64,000 bases of DNA from assembly GCA_964016885.1 (NCBI GenBank), contig OZ024750.1, positions 27,776,001-27,840,000 on the forward strand, written 5' to 3'. Position numbers and translations under genes: made by a program. The notes below the pieces were generated by a model that was given only the letters and a program-made list of their open reading frames with translations, was not told the origin of the DNA and ran no database searches. Below, one piece after another: positions 26,760 to 42,434 of the stretch (its first letter is position 1; every line of letters begins with the position of its first letter). Origin of the DNA: Eledone cirrhosa. Lineage: Eukaryota.

Positions 26760-27560
26760 TGCACATATGTACATTCATGCCTACATACATACATACATAA
26801 ATACATACATATATACATACACAGTTATATATATGCATATATACATACATGCATACATGCATACATACATAAATACATACATACATAGATACATAGCTAT
26901 ATACATGCATGTATGCATACATGAATACATACATACATACATACATACATACATACATACATACATAAATACATACATACATACGCAGTTATATACATGC
27001 ATATATACATACATGCATACATGCATACATACATACATACATACATACATACATACATACAAAGCTATATACATGCATATATGCATACATGCATGCATAC
27101 ATACATACATACACAGTTATATACATGCATATATACATACATGCATACATGCATACATACATAAATACATACATACATACATACATACATACATACATAC
27201 ATACACAGCTATATACATGCATGTATGCATACATGCATACATACATACATACATACATACATACATACATACATAAATACATACATACATACACATTTAT
27301 ATACATGCATATATACATACATGCATACATGCATACATACATACATACATACATACATACATACATACATACATACATACATACATACATACATACATAC
27401 ATACATAAATACATACATACACAGCTATATACATGCATATATGCATACATGCATACAATCATACATGCATTTTTATACATAAATACATAGAAGCATACAG
27501 ACGTACGTATATACATACATGCATACACTCATACATACATACAAAACAACATACATACAT
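26760..27560. repeat. (TACA)n compound microsatellite
   Basis: Direct reading. Confidence 0.9.
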
Positions 27561-27786
27561 GCCTATATACACCATATCGTCCTTCGTAAGCGATGGTTTA
27601 TTTACTTAGTATAAAAACACCAACAACCTAAATACCCAGTTGCCAACCAATAGATTTTTACTTTGAAATAATCTAGGGCATTCCCTTTGACACATCACGG
27701 AATGGTAGCGATTTGGGTCACATTGATTTTGTTGTGCTCATGTATATATATATATATGCATACAAATATATACATATATGTACTTC

Positions 27787-27871
<85 letters not shown>

Positions 27872-27898
27872 TGTACTTCATATATATATATATATATA

Positions 27899-28046
27899 AA
27901 ACGAAGGAAATGTGGTAAGGAAGCAGATGGACCATAACGCACCAGAGTACTCAATACTTAGAGTAACAGGAAAAAGTATGACCCCGACGGCAGAGCTCAC
28001 GCCGTTTCGACGGCTTGAGCTTTGCCGTGGGGGGGTCATACTTTTT

Positions 28047-28098
<52 letters not shown>

Positions 28099-28186
28099 TA
28101 TTATATACATGTATACTCGTATATGTATATATATATATATGCGTTATGGTCCATCTGGTTCCTTACCACAATTCCTTCGTTATATA

Positions 28187-28252
<66 letters not shown>

Positions 28253-28388
28253 GAAGGAAATGTGGTAAGGAACCAGGTGGACCATAACGCACCAAAGTAC
28301 TCAATACTGAGGGTAGTAGAGTTGGTAATAGGAACGAGTAGGACCCCGACGGCTGAGCTCAAGCCATTTCGACGGCTAATTCTGGATA
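27899..28388 (-). mobile_element. Cluster of family A copies and fragments in (TA)n
   Basis: Copies at 27899-28050, 28140-28182 and 28249-28388. Confidence 0.85.
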
Positions 28389-28509
28389 CATATTTATGTA
28401 GATATATTGTTTGGTTTGCAAGCTTCTTCTGCTGTTGTTATTGATGCTGATGATGGTTATTGGTTGAGCCTTTAACTCTTCCGACACTCCCCCTCTTAAT
28501 CATCATCAT

Positions 28510-28540
<31 letters not shown>

Positions 28541-29509
28541 GTCGTCGTCATCATCATCAACGTCGTCCTATTCTTACATCTCATCCAAAACAACTACCAC
28601 CACCACCACCACCACCACCACATCATCACCAGCACCACCACCACCATCGCCACCACCACCACCACCATCACCACCACCACCACCACATCATCACCACCAC
28701 CACCACCAGCACCGCCACCACCACCACCACTACCACCACCACCACCACCACCATCGCCACCACCACCACCACCACCACCCCCACCTTTATTTTTATCTTC
28801 CTTTTCTTCTCTCCTTTCTCTCTCTGTCGTTGTCGCTTTCTGCTCCACACAACCTTTACCCCTTAAAATCATACACCGTTGCTATTTGTTGACCTTCCAA
28901 ATTACACACGCACTCACACACACACACACATACACACACAGAAACACACACATACACACACATACACACACACACATACTCAAAAAAAACACACACCTAC
29001 ATACATAAACACATGCATACACACTTAAACGCGCACAAAAATACACACTAATACTCAACACTACACACACACACACTAACATTCACCCCCTACACACACT
29101 AACACTCATCGCTACACACACCACACACACATACACAAAAACACACTAGGACTTACTCCCAACACACACATAAACACACACTACAACTCCCCCCCGCCCT
29201 CCCACACACACACACATACACACATACACGAACTAACACTCAACCTTCCACACACAAACACACACGAGCACTTACTCCCTACACACTCACGAACATACAG
29301 TAAGAATCACAAACACACACACACATACCCCCACCCCCACACCCACCCGCTACACACACACGGGCACTACACACTACCCACTTCCACCCCCACCCCCCAA
29401 CATTTCCTTATATGGGAAATATTGTCAAGGTTAAACGTGGGATGGATTCATGTTTGGTTTGTGTTGGCCGTTTGTTGATGTTGCTATTTTCGGCTTCTGA
29501 TATTGTGAT

Positions 29510-29663
29510 GACTATATAGTGACTGTGATGATGATGATGGTGATGGTGATGGTGGTGATGGTGATGGTGATGGTGATGATGGTGATGGTGATGGTGGTGA
29601 TGGTGGTGATGGTGATGGTGATTGTGATGGTGATGGTGATGATGGTGATAGTGATGGTGATGG

Positions 29664-29698
<35 letters not shown>

Positions 29699-31100
29699 GT
29701 GATGGTGATGATGATGGTGATGATGGTGATGGTGATGGTGATGGTGGTGATGGTGATGGTGATGGTGATGGTGGTGATGGTGGTGATGGTGGTGGTGGTG
29801 ATGGTGATGGTGGTGATGATGGTGATGGTGGTGGTGATGGTGATGGTGATGATGGAGGTGATGGTGATGGTGATGGTGATGGTGATGGTGATGGTGATGG
29901 TGGTGATGATGGTGATGGTGATGATGGTGGTGATGGTGATGGTGGTGATGGTGGTGATGATGGTGATGGTGATGATGATGGTGATGGTGATGGTGATGGT
30001 GGTGATGGTGGTGATGGTGATGGTGATGGTGGTGATGGTGGTGATGGTGATGGTGGTGGTGATGGTGATGGTGATGGTGATGGTGGTGATGATGATGATG
30101 ATGATGATGATGATGGTGATGGTGATGATGATGGTGATGATGGTGATGGTGATGGTGATGGTGATGGTGATGGTGGTGATGGTGGTGATGGTGGTGGTGA
30201 TGGTGATGGTGGTGGTGATGGTGATGGTGGTGGTGATGGTGATGGTGGTGATGATGGTGATGGTGATGATGGAGGTGATGGTGATGGTGATGGTGATGGT
30301 GATGGTGGTGATGGTGGTGATGATGGTGATGGTGATGGTGATGGTGGTGATGGTGATGGTGATGGTGATGGTGGTGATGGTGGTGATGATGATGATGATG
30401 GTGATGGTGGTGATGGCGATGGTGATGGTGATGGTGATGGTGGTGATGGTGATGGTGATGGTGATGGTGATGGTGATGGTGATTGTGATGATGATGGTGA
30501 TGATGATGACTATATAGTGACTGTGATGATGATGATGGTGATGGTGATGGTGGTGATGGTGATGGTGGTGATGATGGTGATGATGGTGATGATGGTGATG
30601 ATGATGGTGATGATGGTGATGGTGATGATGACGATGGTGATGATGTTGGTGATGATGATGATGATGAAGGTGATGATGGTGATGATGGTGATGATGATGA
30701 TAATGATGAGGATGATGATGATGATGGTGCTGATGGTGATGGTGATGATGATGATGATGGTGCTGATGGTGGTGATGATGATGATGATGGTGGTGCTGAT
30801 GGTGATGGTGATGATGATGATGATGGTGATGGTGATGGTGATGATGATGATGGTGATGGTGATGATGATGATGCTGATGGTGATGGTGATGATGATGATG
30901 ATGATGCTGATGATGATGGTGCTGATGGTGGTGATGATGATCATGATGATGATGATGGTGCTGATGGTGATGGTGATGATGATGATGGTGATGGTGATGG
31001 TGATGATGATGGTGATGGTGATGATGATGATGGTGATGGTGATGATGGTGATGGTGATGATGATGGTGATGATGACTACTATAGTGACTGTGATGATGAT
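29510..31100. repeat. (GAT/GGT)n trinucleotide tract with internal duplication anchors
   Basis: The anchor ACTATA(TA)GTGACTGTGATG recurs at ~29511, 30509 and 31078. Confidence 0.92.
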
Positions 31101-31101
31101 A

Positions 31102-31295
31102 ATAATTGTTTCTACTTTTTGGCACAAGGCCAGCAAACACCCCAGTGTATTACTGGTATTTTATTTTATCGACCCCGTAAGGATGAAAGGCAAAGTTAAC
31201 CTCGGCGGGATTTGAACTCAGAATGGCAAGGGCCGTAACTCTGTGCATCAAAGCATGGCGTCCAACCCTCTACCGATACTGCCAATCCACCGCCC
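31102..31295 (-). mobile_element. SINE S1 copy
   Basis: Full head, core and tail. Confidence 0.9.
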
Positions 31296-31399
31296 TTGAT
31301 GATAATGATAATGATATGATGATGGTGATGACGATGATGATGATGATGTCTTCCTGATAGTTGAGGGGTGAAGTGGGGGTGGAGGTGGATGGGAGGGGG

Positions 31400-34300
31400 G
31401 GTAATGTGGTGTGGAGGTGGTGTGGTGTGATGTGGTGTGGAGGTGGTGTGGTGTGGTATGAAGGAGGTGTGGTGTGGTGTCGTGTGATGTGGTGTGATGT
31501 GGTGTGGTGTGGTGTGGTGTGGTGTGGTGTGGTGTGGTGTGGTGTGGTGTGGTGTGGTGTGGTGTGGTGTGGTGTAGAGTGGTGTAGTGTGGTGTGGTGT
31601 GGAGTGGTGTAGTGTGGTGTGGTGTGGTGTGGAGTGGTGTGGTGTGGAGTGGTGTGGTGTTGTGTAGTGTGGTGTGGTGTGGTGTGGTGTGGAGTAGTGT
31701 GGTAGTGTAGTGGTGTGGTGTGGGAGGTGTGCTGTGGTGTCGTGTCGTGTGGTGTGGTGTGGTGTGGAGTGGTGTGGAGTGGTGTGGAGTGGTCTGGTCT
31801 GGTGTGGTGTGGTGTGGTGTGGAGTGGTCTGGTGTGGTGTGGTGTGGTGTGGTATGGTGTGGTGTGGTGTGGTGTGGTGTGGTGTGGTGTGGTGTGGTGT
31901 GGTGTCGTGTCGTGTCGTGTGGAGTGGTGTGGTGTGGTGTGGTGGTGTTGAGGTAGTGTGGTGTGGTGTGCCACGCAGAGTTCTCGTAGACTGCGGCAGG
32001 TGAGTGTGAAGCGAACCTTTTAACCACAACAAGCAAGACAACTTCCCATCCTAAATTGGGAATATGATGACATAATACAATAAATGACTCAAACCGGAAA
32101 GTACCGACGCACTGAATACAGTCAGTCTGAAGGACGTTAACCTACAATATCCTGCATACCGTCCTTTCAGCACGTCGTACATACGTACAGACATTCTTCT
32201 AGATAACTGTGGTGTGGTAGAAGTTGAGGTGGTGGTGGCTATGTGGAGGTAGTGTGGTGTGGTGTGGTGTTATGTGGAGTGGTGTGGTGTAGTGTGGTGT
32301 GGAGTGGTGTGGTGTGGTGGTGTGGTGTGGAGTGGTGTGGTGTGGAGTGGTGTGGTGTAGTGTGGTGTGGAGTGGTGTGGTGTGGTGGTGTTGTGGTAGT
32401 GTGGTGTGGTGGTGTTGAGGTAGTGTGTAGGTAGTGCGGTGTGGTGTGGTGTGATGTGGAGTGGTGTAGTGTAGTGTCGTGTGGTGTGATGTGGTCTGGT
32501 GGTGTTGTGGTAGTGTGGTGTGGTGGTGTTGAGGTAGTGTGTAGGTAGTGTGGTGTGGTGTGGTGTGGAGTGGTGTGGTGTAGTGTGGTGTGGTGTGGTG
32601 TGGTGTGGTGGTGTTGTGGTAGTGTGGTGTGGTGGTGTTGAGGTAGTGGTGTGGTGTAGTGTGGTGTGATGTGGTGGTGTTGATGTAGTGTGGTGGTGTT
32701 GAGGTAGTGTGTAGGTAGTGTAGTGTGGTGTGGTGTGGTGTGGTGTGGTGGTGTTGAGGTAGTGTGGTGTGATGTGGTGTGGTGTGATGTGGAGTGGTGT
32801 GGTGTAGTGTCGTGTGGTGTGGTGTGGTGGTGTTGTGGTAGTGTGGTGGTGTTGAGGTAGTGGTGTGGTGTAGTGTGGTGTGATGTGGTGTGGTGTGGTG
32901 TAGTGTCGTGTGGTGTGGTGTGATGTGGTGTGGTGGTGTTGAGGTAGTGTGGTGGTGTTGAGGTAGTGTGTAGGTAGTGTAGTGTGGTGTGGTGGTGTTG
33001 AGGTAGTGTGGTGTGGTGGTGTTGAGGTAGTGTTGTGTGGTGTGCTGTGGTGTGGTGTGGTGTGATGTGGTGTGGAGTGGTGTGGTGTAGTGTCGTGTGG
33101 TGTGGTGTGGTGTAGTGTGGTGTGGTGTGGTGTGGTGTGGTGTGATGTGGTGTGGAGTGGTGTGGTGTAGTGTGGTGTGGTGTGGTGTGGTGTGGTGTAG
33201 TGTGGTGTGGTGTGGTGTGGTGTGGTGTAGTGTGGTGTTGTTGAGGTAGTGTGGTGTGGTGGTGTTGAGGTAGTGTGTAGGTAGTGTGGTGTTGTGTGAT
33301 GTGGAGTGGTGTAGTGTCGTGTGGTGTGGTGTGGTGTGATGTGGTGTGGTGGTGTTGAGGTAGTGTGTAGGTAGTGTGGTGTGGTGTGATGTGGAGTGGT
33401 GTAGTGTCGTGTGGTGTGATGTGGTGTGATGTGGTGTGGTGTGGTGTAGTGTCGTGTGGTGTGGTGTGGTGTGATGTGGTGTGGTGGTGTTGAGGTAGTG
33501 TGTAGGTAGTGTGGTGTGGTGTGATGTGGAGTGGTGTAGTGTCGTGTGGTGTGGTGTGGTGTGATGTGGTGTGGTGGTGTTGAGGTAGTGTGTAGGTAGT
33601 GTGGTGTGGTGTGGTGTGGTGTGGAGTGGTGTGGTGTAGTGTCGTGTGGTGTGGTGTGGTGTGGTGGTGTTGAGGTAGTGTGGTGTGGTGGTGTAGAGGT
33701 AGTGTGTAGGTAGTGTGTAGGTAGTGTGGTGTGGTGTGATGTGGAGTGGTGTGGTGTAGTGTGGTGTAGTGTAGTGTGGTGTGATGTGGAGTGGTGTGGT
33801 GTAGTGTGGTGTAGTGTAGTGTGGTGTGGTGTGATGTGGTGTGGTGTGGTGTGGAGTGATGTGGTGTAGTGCCGTGTGGTGTGATGTGGTGTGGTGTGGT
33901 GTGGTGTGATGTGGTGTGGTGGTGTTAAGGTAGTGTGGTGCGGTGTGGTGGTGTGTAGGTAGTGTGATGTGGAGTGGTGTAGTGTAGTGTGGTGTGGTGT
34001 GATGTGGTGTGGTGGTGTTGAGGTAGTGTGGTGTGGTGGTGTTGAGGTAGTGTGTAGGTAGTGTGGTGTGGTGTGGTGTGATGTAATGTAGTGTGGTGTG
34101 GTGTGGTGTGGTGTGGTGTGGTGTGATGTGGTGTGGTGGTGTTAAGGTAGTGTGGTGCGGTGTGGTGGTGTGTAGGTAGTGTGATGTGGAGTGGTGTAGT
34201 GTAGTGTGGTGTGGTGTGATGTGGTGTGGTGGTGTTGAGGTAGTGTGGTGTGGTGGTGTTGAGGTAGTGTGTAGGTAGTGTGGTGTGGTGTGGTGTGATG

Positions 34301-34420
34301 TAATGTAGTGTGGTGTGGTGTGGTGTGGTGTGGTGTGATGTGGTGTGGTGGTGTTGAGGTAGTGTAGTGTGATGTGGTGTGGTGGTTTTGAGGTAGTGTA
34401 GTGTGGTGTGGTGTGGTGGT
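31400..34420. repeat. (GTGTG)n pentanucleotide tracts interrupted at ~31970-32210
   Basis: Direct reading. Confidence 0.92.
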
Positions 34421-34765
34421 ATGGAGTATATTCAGTACGTTGGTACCTCAACACAACACTAACCTACAATATCCTATCCAATATCCTACATAAGTACCTA
34501 GAGGCATACTTCTAGATAACAAGTAGTACATGATTTTTGAAAGAAATTTTATATTAATCATGATGTAACTTCCTATAAAAAAGCTAATAATAAAAAAAAA
34601 CACACCAGTCTATCCTACGTTAGGGCGATATTGACGAAATAAATCAAATAGCTTATTTCTATGTGTGGAAGATTAAACGTGAGTATATGTATGATGTGTG
34701 TATGTGACAATATGTGTATCTGACTCAGTAAATCAATGCAGGAGAATGGGTGGGTCTATGTGAAG

Positions 34766-34845
<80 letters not shown>

Positions 34846-35439
34846 TATTATTCAAGTGTGATTCTGTATATATATATTTTCTGTATATATATATTTTCTG
34901 TATATATAAATTTTCAATACCCGAATTACTTGATCGTCTCTTTTGGCTATGCGAATGATTGTTTAACCATCGTCTCAGTGTGTTTGGCCTTTAACGTTTG
35001 TTATAGCTCTGGTTCATCTGAATCATTGAGCACTTGCCGCACATCTCGGAGGTTGTTTTTCGTTATTTCGTGGGCCGAAATGCGAATCTCGATCATTTAT
35101 GTTTATATATATATATATATATTTTTGATTTGTCCAGGTGTATTTTTCTCAACCTGATTAGTTCTATCGTTACTTTGGTATATTATTGTGTGTTAGATTT
35201 TGCCTACCACAATGATCGATTTGTTAAGCTATTTAAATGTATGCTATTACTCTAAGGACCTAACTTATCGAGTGCTTTGCTAACTCATCATTTCAAATAA
35301 GGAGGCCGAATTTGCTTGCAAACCGCCAGGGATTCGATTTTACTAAACTTCCAATTATATATATATATATATATACGAAATATATATAATAAAATAATTA
35401 TGGTTTTATAAATATAGTTTCCATTTATTAATATATTGT

Positions 35440-35578
35440 ACATAGTTACGTCCCTTAACGATCTGAGTTCAAATCCCGCCGAGGTTGACTTTGCCTTTCA
35501 TCCTTACGGGATCGATAAAATAAAGTACCAGTAATGCACTGGTAAATTGCTGGCCTTGTGCCAAAAGTAGAAGCAATT
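35440..35578 (+). mobile_element. 5'-truncated SINE S1
   Basis: B-box, core and tail. Confidence 0.85.
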
Positions 35579-35583
35579 AATAT

Positions 35584-35626
<43 letters not shown>

Positions 35627-35877
35627 AGATCAAAAGATGGTTAAAAGAGTTTCAAGTATTTTATTATGCGCATTTCAAAAACAAATATCATCATGAGATG
35701 ATATCTGCATTTTCACCAGATAAAATAGGGATACATGATATGAAGGTTAAAAAACACTTGTGAATAGTGAAGTTTTAAATCAACATATATTATTTATACT
35801 CCAGTCCTACAAACTGTAGAGTGCTACTTGCCCGATATTTGGTATTGCTTTATTGTGCTACAATAAAACTCACCTCC

Positions 35878-35934
<57 letters not shown>

Positions 35935-36380
35935 ATGTGTGTGTTTGTTTTATTATGTGTGAGTTTATGTATGGGAGGAGCAGGTGGATATATGTGTGTG
36001 TGTGTGTGTGTGCATGTTTGTGTCTATAGGTTTATATAAATGTATTAGCTTCTGTCATCATCATATGCGTATATATGTAACTGTAGATGACGAGAATGCG
36101 TGTGTATATGTGCTTCTGTTGTGTATGTAGTTGTGTGTGTATGTGGGGACAGAAAAGGGAAACGAAGAGGGAAATGACAAAAGAGGGGTAGAGAGGAAAA
36201 GAGGTGGAGGTGAGAGTGGAGGTGTATAGAAGTTTTATATGTAAAGATAGACTGGATTGTTATGACTGGTAAATTACAATGAGAAGGGCCATGAGTAGAA
36301 AGGTCCTGTGTCCCTTGTCAAGTAGGGTGTGAGACACTTTCTCTCGGTGAATTCCTATTCAGACACACATACACACTCAC

Positions 36381-36432
<52 letters not shown>

Positions 36433-36444
36433 GTGTGTGTGTGT

Positions 36445-36629
36445 TTCCCGGGTTCAATCGGGGGTAACCACAGTAAGTAAGGTACTCAATATATAGCAAA
36501 ATGTACATATCTAATAGAGAAATGGCTTCTACAGGACTAGAACTGTTTCATTCGAAGGAAATCATCAGGAAAGCCAGGGTTTTCCTGATGATTTCCATCG
36601 AATGAAACACTTCTAGACTTGTAGAAGCC

Positions 36630-36632
<3 letters not shown>
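36445..36632. mobile_element. Family F hairpin element with an HHR in each arm (36524-36575 on -, 36578-36629 on +)
   Basis: GGCUUUC-CUGAUGA-UUUCCUUCGAAU-GAAACAG-UUCUAGUC-CUGUA^GAAGCC on the minus arm. Confidence 0.75.
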
Positions 36633-36677
<45 letters not shown>

Positions 36678-36941
36678 CTTACTAAATGTTTAATTAGTTG
36701 GTAACCAGTGTTGCCTTTGCATCATTAAAATTAATTAATAGAGGTATAGACAAGATTAAGCACTCAACGTCTTATATTTCCAATTGTACGCATTATACAC
36801 GTTATATACATTATATACATTATATATATTATTATAAAATAGTTGATCATTAAAGAATAATCACCACAAGATAAATAATTGTTTTCATTTTTCATATATA
36901 TATTTTACAGCAGTATCAAGGTTTTCCGTAATTTTCTAGTC

Positions 36942-37011
<70 letters not shown>

Positions 37012-37026
37012 GAGAGAGAGGGGGGG

Positions 37027-37076
<50 letters not shown>

Positions 37077-37319
37077 GAGAGAGAGAGAGAGAGACTAGAA
37101 AATTGTGCAATGTACGTGCAATGTAGCATGCATACCATACATTACGACGGACGCCGCCTGATGACACACGTCGCCCTTTCTCCACCTTATCGAACCAGTA
37201 AATTGCTCAAAAGTTATGCTAGGAGTGTTTGACTATCGTTTAGAATGGCGTGACGGGGTTTTTTTTACCTTGCCTATATATTACATGTAATAATATATAC
37301 ATCATACTCTTACTAAGTT

Positions 37320-37650
37320 GCATAAGGATTAACTTTGTCGTTAAGTTATTTAGATTTTATCAGTAAATGTGTTTTGGGCCTCCGTCGCTTGCAATCAGGA
37401 TTTTTCAGATGTTTGAACAAACCTATAAGCAGCTTATGAAATTAACGTGAAAGTGACAGAGCATTCCACAGACACGTGTATTTTTCAGATATCTTTCTGT
37501 AAGATTCATTAAGACACAGGCTATGACAAGGCCGGTCCATTGAAATGCAGGTACACCTAATTCTCTAAAGCTAAGTGGAATGTAACAACGTGAAATAAAG
37601 TGACTTGCTCAAGGATACAATATACCATCTCGTCTGGGAATCGAACCTAG
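37320..37650 (-). mobile_element. Diverged tRNA-derived SINE (S2-related head, different body)
   Basis: GTTCGATTCCC B-box and TCCTTGAGCAAGTCACTTTATTTCACGTTG. Confidence 0.7.
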
Positions 37651-38009
37651 CGAAACGATGGTGAGCACAACTCCTTTCATCGGTTAGGGTTAACCTTGTA
37701 CATACTCTTGGAAAGTTCCCTTCCTAAGTACTTGCTGGGGCAAGATTTAAATGAGGTTAGCTATTGTCCTTGCAACACGTGTTTCCTTTCCCAACATCAT
37801 TGTTAAATAGTGATAGAAAGAGGCTAAATCATCAAACTTGTCCTCAGTAAAGATGGCTTACATTTCTGAAGAATTAATTGCTATTTCTAACAGAACGAGA
37901 ATAACTTTGATTATAAATCTGCTCACTCAAACAACAACAACAACAACAACAACAACCAACTATTAAATATCTCAACACCAAACTTACGGAAAACTCCATA
38001 TATATAATA

Positions 38010-38586
38010 ATAATTGTTTCTACTTTTTTTTTGCACAAGGCCAGCAATTACCCAGTACATTACTGGTACTTTATTTTATCTACCCCGTAAGGATGAAAGG
38101 CAAAGTTAACCTCAGCGGGATTTGAACTCAGATCATAAAGGGCTGCAAAGCATGGCGTCCGACCCTCTACCGACACTGCCAATCCACCGCCTATATATAT
38201 AATAGTAATAATTGTTTCTACTTTAGGCACAAGGCCAGCAATTCACCAGTGCATTACTGGTACTTTATTTTATCGACCCCGTAAGGATGAAAGGCAAAGT
38301 CAACCTCGGCGGGATTTGAACTCAGATCATAAAGGGCTGCAAAGCATGGCGTCCGACCCTCTACCGACACTGCCAATCCACCGCCTATATATATAATAGT
38401 AATAATTGTTTCTACTTTAGGCACAAGGCCAGCAATTCACCAGTGCATTACTGGTACTTTATTTTATCGACCCCATAAGGATGAAAGGCAAAGTCAACCT
38501 CCGCCGGATTTGAACTCAGATCGTAAAGGGACGTAACTATGCTGGAAAGCATGGCGTCCATCCCTCTACTGATACTGCCAATCCAC
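38010..38586 (-). mobile_element. Three tandem SINE S1 copies
   Basis: Copies at ~38010, 38208 and 38402; the first two share the same internal deletion. Confidence 0.9.
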
Positions 38587-38713
38587 TAATGAAAATTATT
38601 GTGTACAGTACTCAGGTGCACTACAACTCATCAAAGGTGCATGTATAGTACATAGAATAATTTACAAATGTCAGGAAAGGGAACAGTGTATGAGTCATGA
38701 TATGCACACATAC

Positions 38714-38793
38714 ATGCTTGCGAGTATATGGAGGGAGGATATCAGGTGTAATGTTGGCGTAAATAGACATGTGCTTACAGTTGTCATTTCGTA
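38714..38793 (-). CDS. Weak candidate exon (RNDNCKHMSIYANITPDILPPYTRKH)
   Basis: Acceptor cttgttag, donor gtatgt, open frame. Confidence 0.25.
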
Positions 38794-39519
38794 CTAACAA
38801 GCTAAATGACAGCACAGGAAACATTTTGATGCCATTTTCTGATTTACTGACGTAATAAACTAAAAATCACAGGAAATAAACCACATTCTAAAATTAATCT
38901 AATATAATTACTTAGCTCTAGAAAAAACATTGAGCATTACTTAAGTAGATAGAAACTTAACCACGGTTTGAATTTAAATCTGTGTCGTTTGAATTTCATA
39001 TTGAGTTACAAAGTTTCTTTTGGCTCTGTATTATAAATCACAACTAGTATGTCCAAATGTATATCAAGAAGATCGAATGAATCAGTCACATTCCCTCAGT
39101 TATCTATATATATAAAACTGAGGGTGTGTGTGTGTGTGTGTCCGGACCCAGTTAACTTCTACAGTTTGCAACCGATTTTCTTCAAATTTGGAACAAACAT
39201 GCATTATGTTCCCAGGAGTGTTTTGGACTCATCAAATTTTCAAGTGTTTGTCTAATGCGGCCCCTAGATATATAATGGTTGGTTGGTTGGTTGCACGAAA
39301 ACTACACACACATACACATACACACACACATACACTCACACACACAGGCACACATACACACGCACACACACAGGCACACACACACATTTATATATACATC
39401 TAAAGAGAGAAGGGGAGAGTGAGAGAGAGTGAGATAGGTCGTTATACAGAGAGAGATACAAGATATTCAAATGGAGAGAGAAAGAGAATGGCGACGAACG
39501 CTGGTTTACACACATACAT

Positions 39520-39550
<31 letters not shown>

Positions 39551-39579
39551 TACATACATATAGATATATATATAGATAT

Positions 39580-39975
39580 TTTTTTCTAGGGCGGGTTAAA
39601 TTCCCGAGATCCATGGACGAGTTCTTTCCAGCGGTCTCTGTCCCGCATTATCGCTGCCATGTCCTGCGTCTCCAACAGACCAGTGTCTGTCCATGGACGC
39701 TGACCAAGAAACTCACTCAGATGGTGGATGGTTGCTACACGAGAATGCTGAGAATGGCTCTGAACATTAATCAGTATACACTGAGGCTGAAAAACTCAGA
39801 GTTGTATGGGAGCCTCCCAAAAGTCAGCTCAAAAGTGACACAGAGAAGACTGAGGTTAGCTGGACATGCAACCGACATCCAGAGTTGACATTGCACTCAG
39901 TGCTCCCATGGGAGCCCCTACATGGACACACTCGAAGAGGAAGACCAAGGTTAACGTATGTTGACGCCCTAAGGA
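39580..39975 (-). mobile_element. RTE-type LINE 3' fragment with a 5' inversion
   Basis: The + piece 39692-39975 reads WTLTKKL..DGCYTRMLRMALN..RRLRLAGH/..WEPLHG..RGRPRLTYVDALR. The - piece 39692-39586 continues RTDTGLL..MRDRDRWKELV..stop, then an A-tail. Confidence 0.85.
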
Positions 39976-40151
39976 TATATATTTAATAAATGTTTGCTCT
40001 ACGGTTCTTATATATTTGATATATATTTATCCTTATCGAGCCCTCTTTGGATTTTAGTCTTCAAATTTATTATTATTACTATATATATGCCCCAAGGCTC
40101 TGACACCATCAACACTATAAACACAGAGCTTGCATATCTAAGAACTGACTA

Positions 40152-40207
40152 ACTGCCTGATGAGGTCATAGCCATTCAATGGCTATCATCGAAATATATA
40201 TAGCAGT
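40152..40207 (+). ncRNA. Type I hammerhead ribozyme at a PLE-like 3' end
   Basis: ACUGC-CUGAUGA-GGUcAUAGCCAU-UCA-AUGGCUAUcAUC-GAAAU-AUAU-AUA^GCAGU, with AATAAA immediately downstream. Confidence 0.88.
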
Positions 40208-40248
40208 AAATAAAGGATTATGAGTTCATGCAATTGAGTTATGTTTCG

Positions 40249-40320
<72 letters not shown>

Positions 40321-40415
40321 TATGTACACGTACATACATATATGTATACAGACGTACAGTAGTATGTATATATATATATATACATACATGCACACATATA
40401 TATATGTACGTTTCC

Positions 40416-40478
<63 letters not shown>

Positions 40479-41025
40479 TACACATATTTATATATACATA
40501 TATACATATATACACATACATATACATACATATACATACATATACATGACTGCTAGTTAATGCCCGAGCAACGTCGGGTACGTCTGCTAGTTTAATTTAT
40601 TTGCTTTTCTGAAATGAATGTAAAAGCCTGTAATGTCTGTCTAGTAGACGAGTAGAATTACAGAGACTCTATACACATTATAGACAAACGAATCTAATTG
40701 CCAAAATAATATATATATCCCTTCCATATACTGTACCGACTGTGTTGTTATTTCTGTTTACCTTTTACATATATATATATATATATATGATATATGATAT
40801 ATATATGTATATATATATATGATATATGATATATATATGTATGTATATATATGATATATATATATGTATATATATATATATGATATATGATATATGATAT
40901 ATGATATATATATATGATATATATATATGATATATGATATATATATATATGATATATGATATATATATATATATTTATATATGTATATAAACATGTGTAT
41001 ATATATATATGTATATAAACATGTG

Positions 41026-42308
<1,283 letters not shown>

Positions 42309-42434
42309 ATAATTAAGAAAGAGAAGTCAACGAACGGAAGCAAGGCAGAACGAAAAAGATATTTTGAAAATATAAAAAGTCGAACTCCAAAGTTTCAGCC
42401 GTTGAAATGGATTCGCCAGTTTCGACCCCTACCA

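Larger units (their letters stand above)
39103..40590 (+). mobile_element. Non-autonomous Helitron with nested insertions
   Basis: 5' A|TCTATATATATAAAAC..; 3' hairpin GCCCGA-GCAACG-TCGGGT followed by CTAG|T. Pairing of the two ends is inferred. Confidence 0.7.

Noticed and set aside
29512-34454. Long ORFs of 542 and 751 aa (His/Thr-rich)
   Set aside because: Translations of (GAT/GGT)n and (GTGTG)n repeats that are open in several frames; no coding evidence
37155-37195. CTGATGA as a hammerhead core
   Set aside because: No stem II followed by GAAA and no stem I
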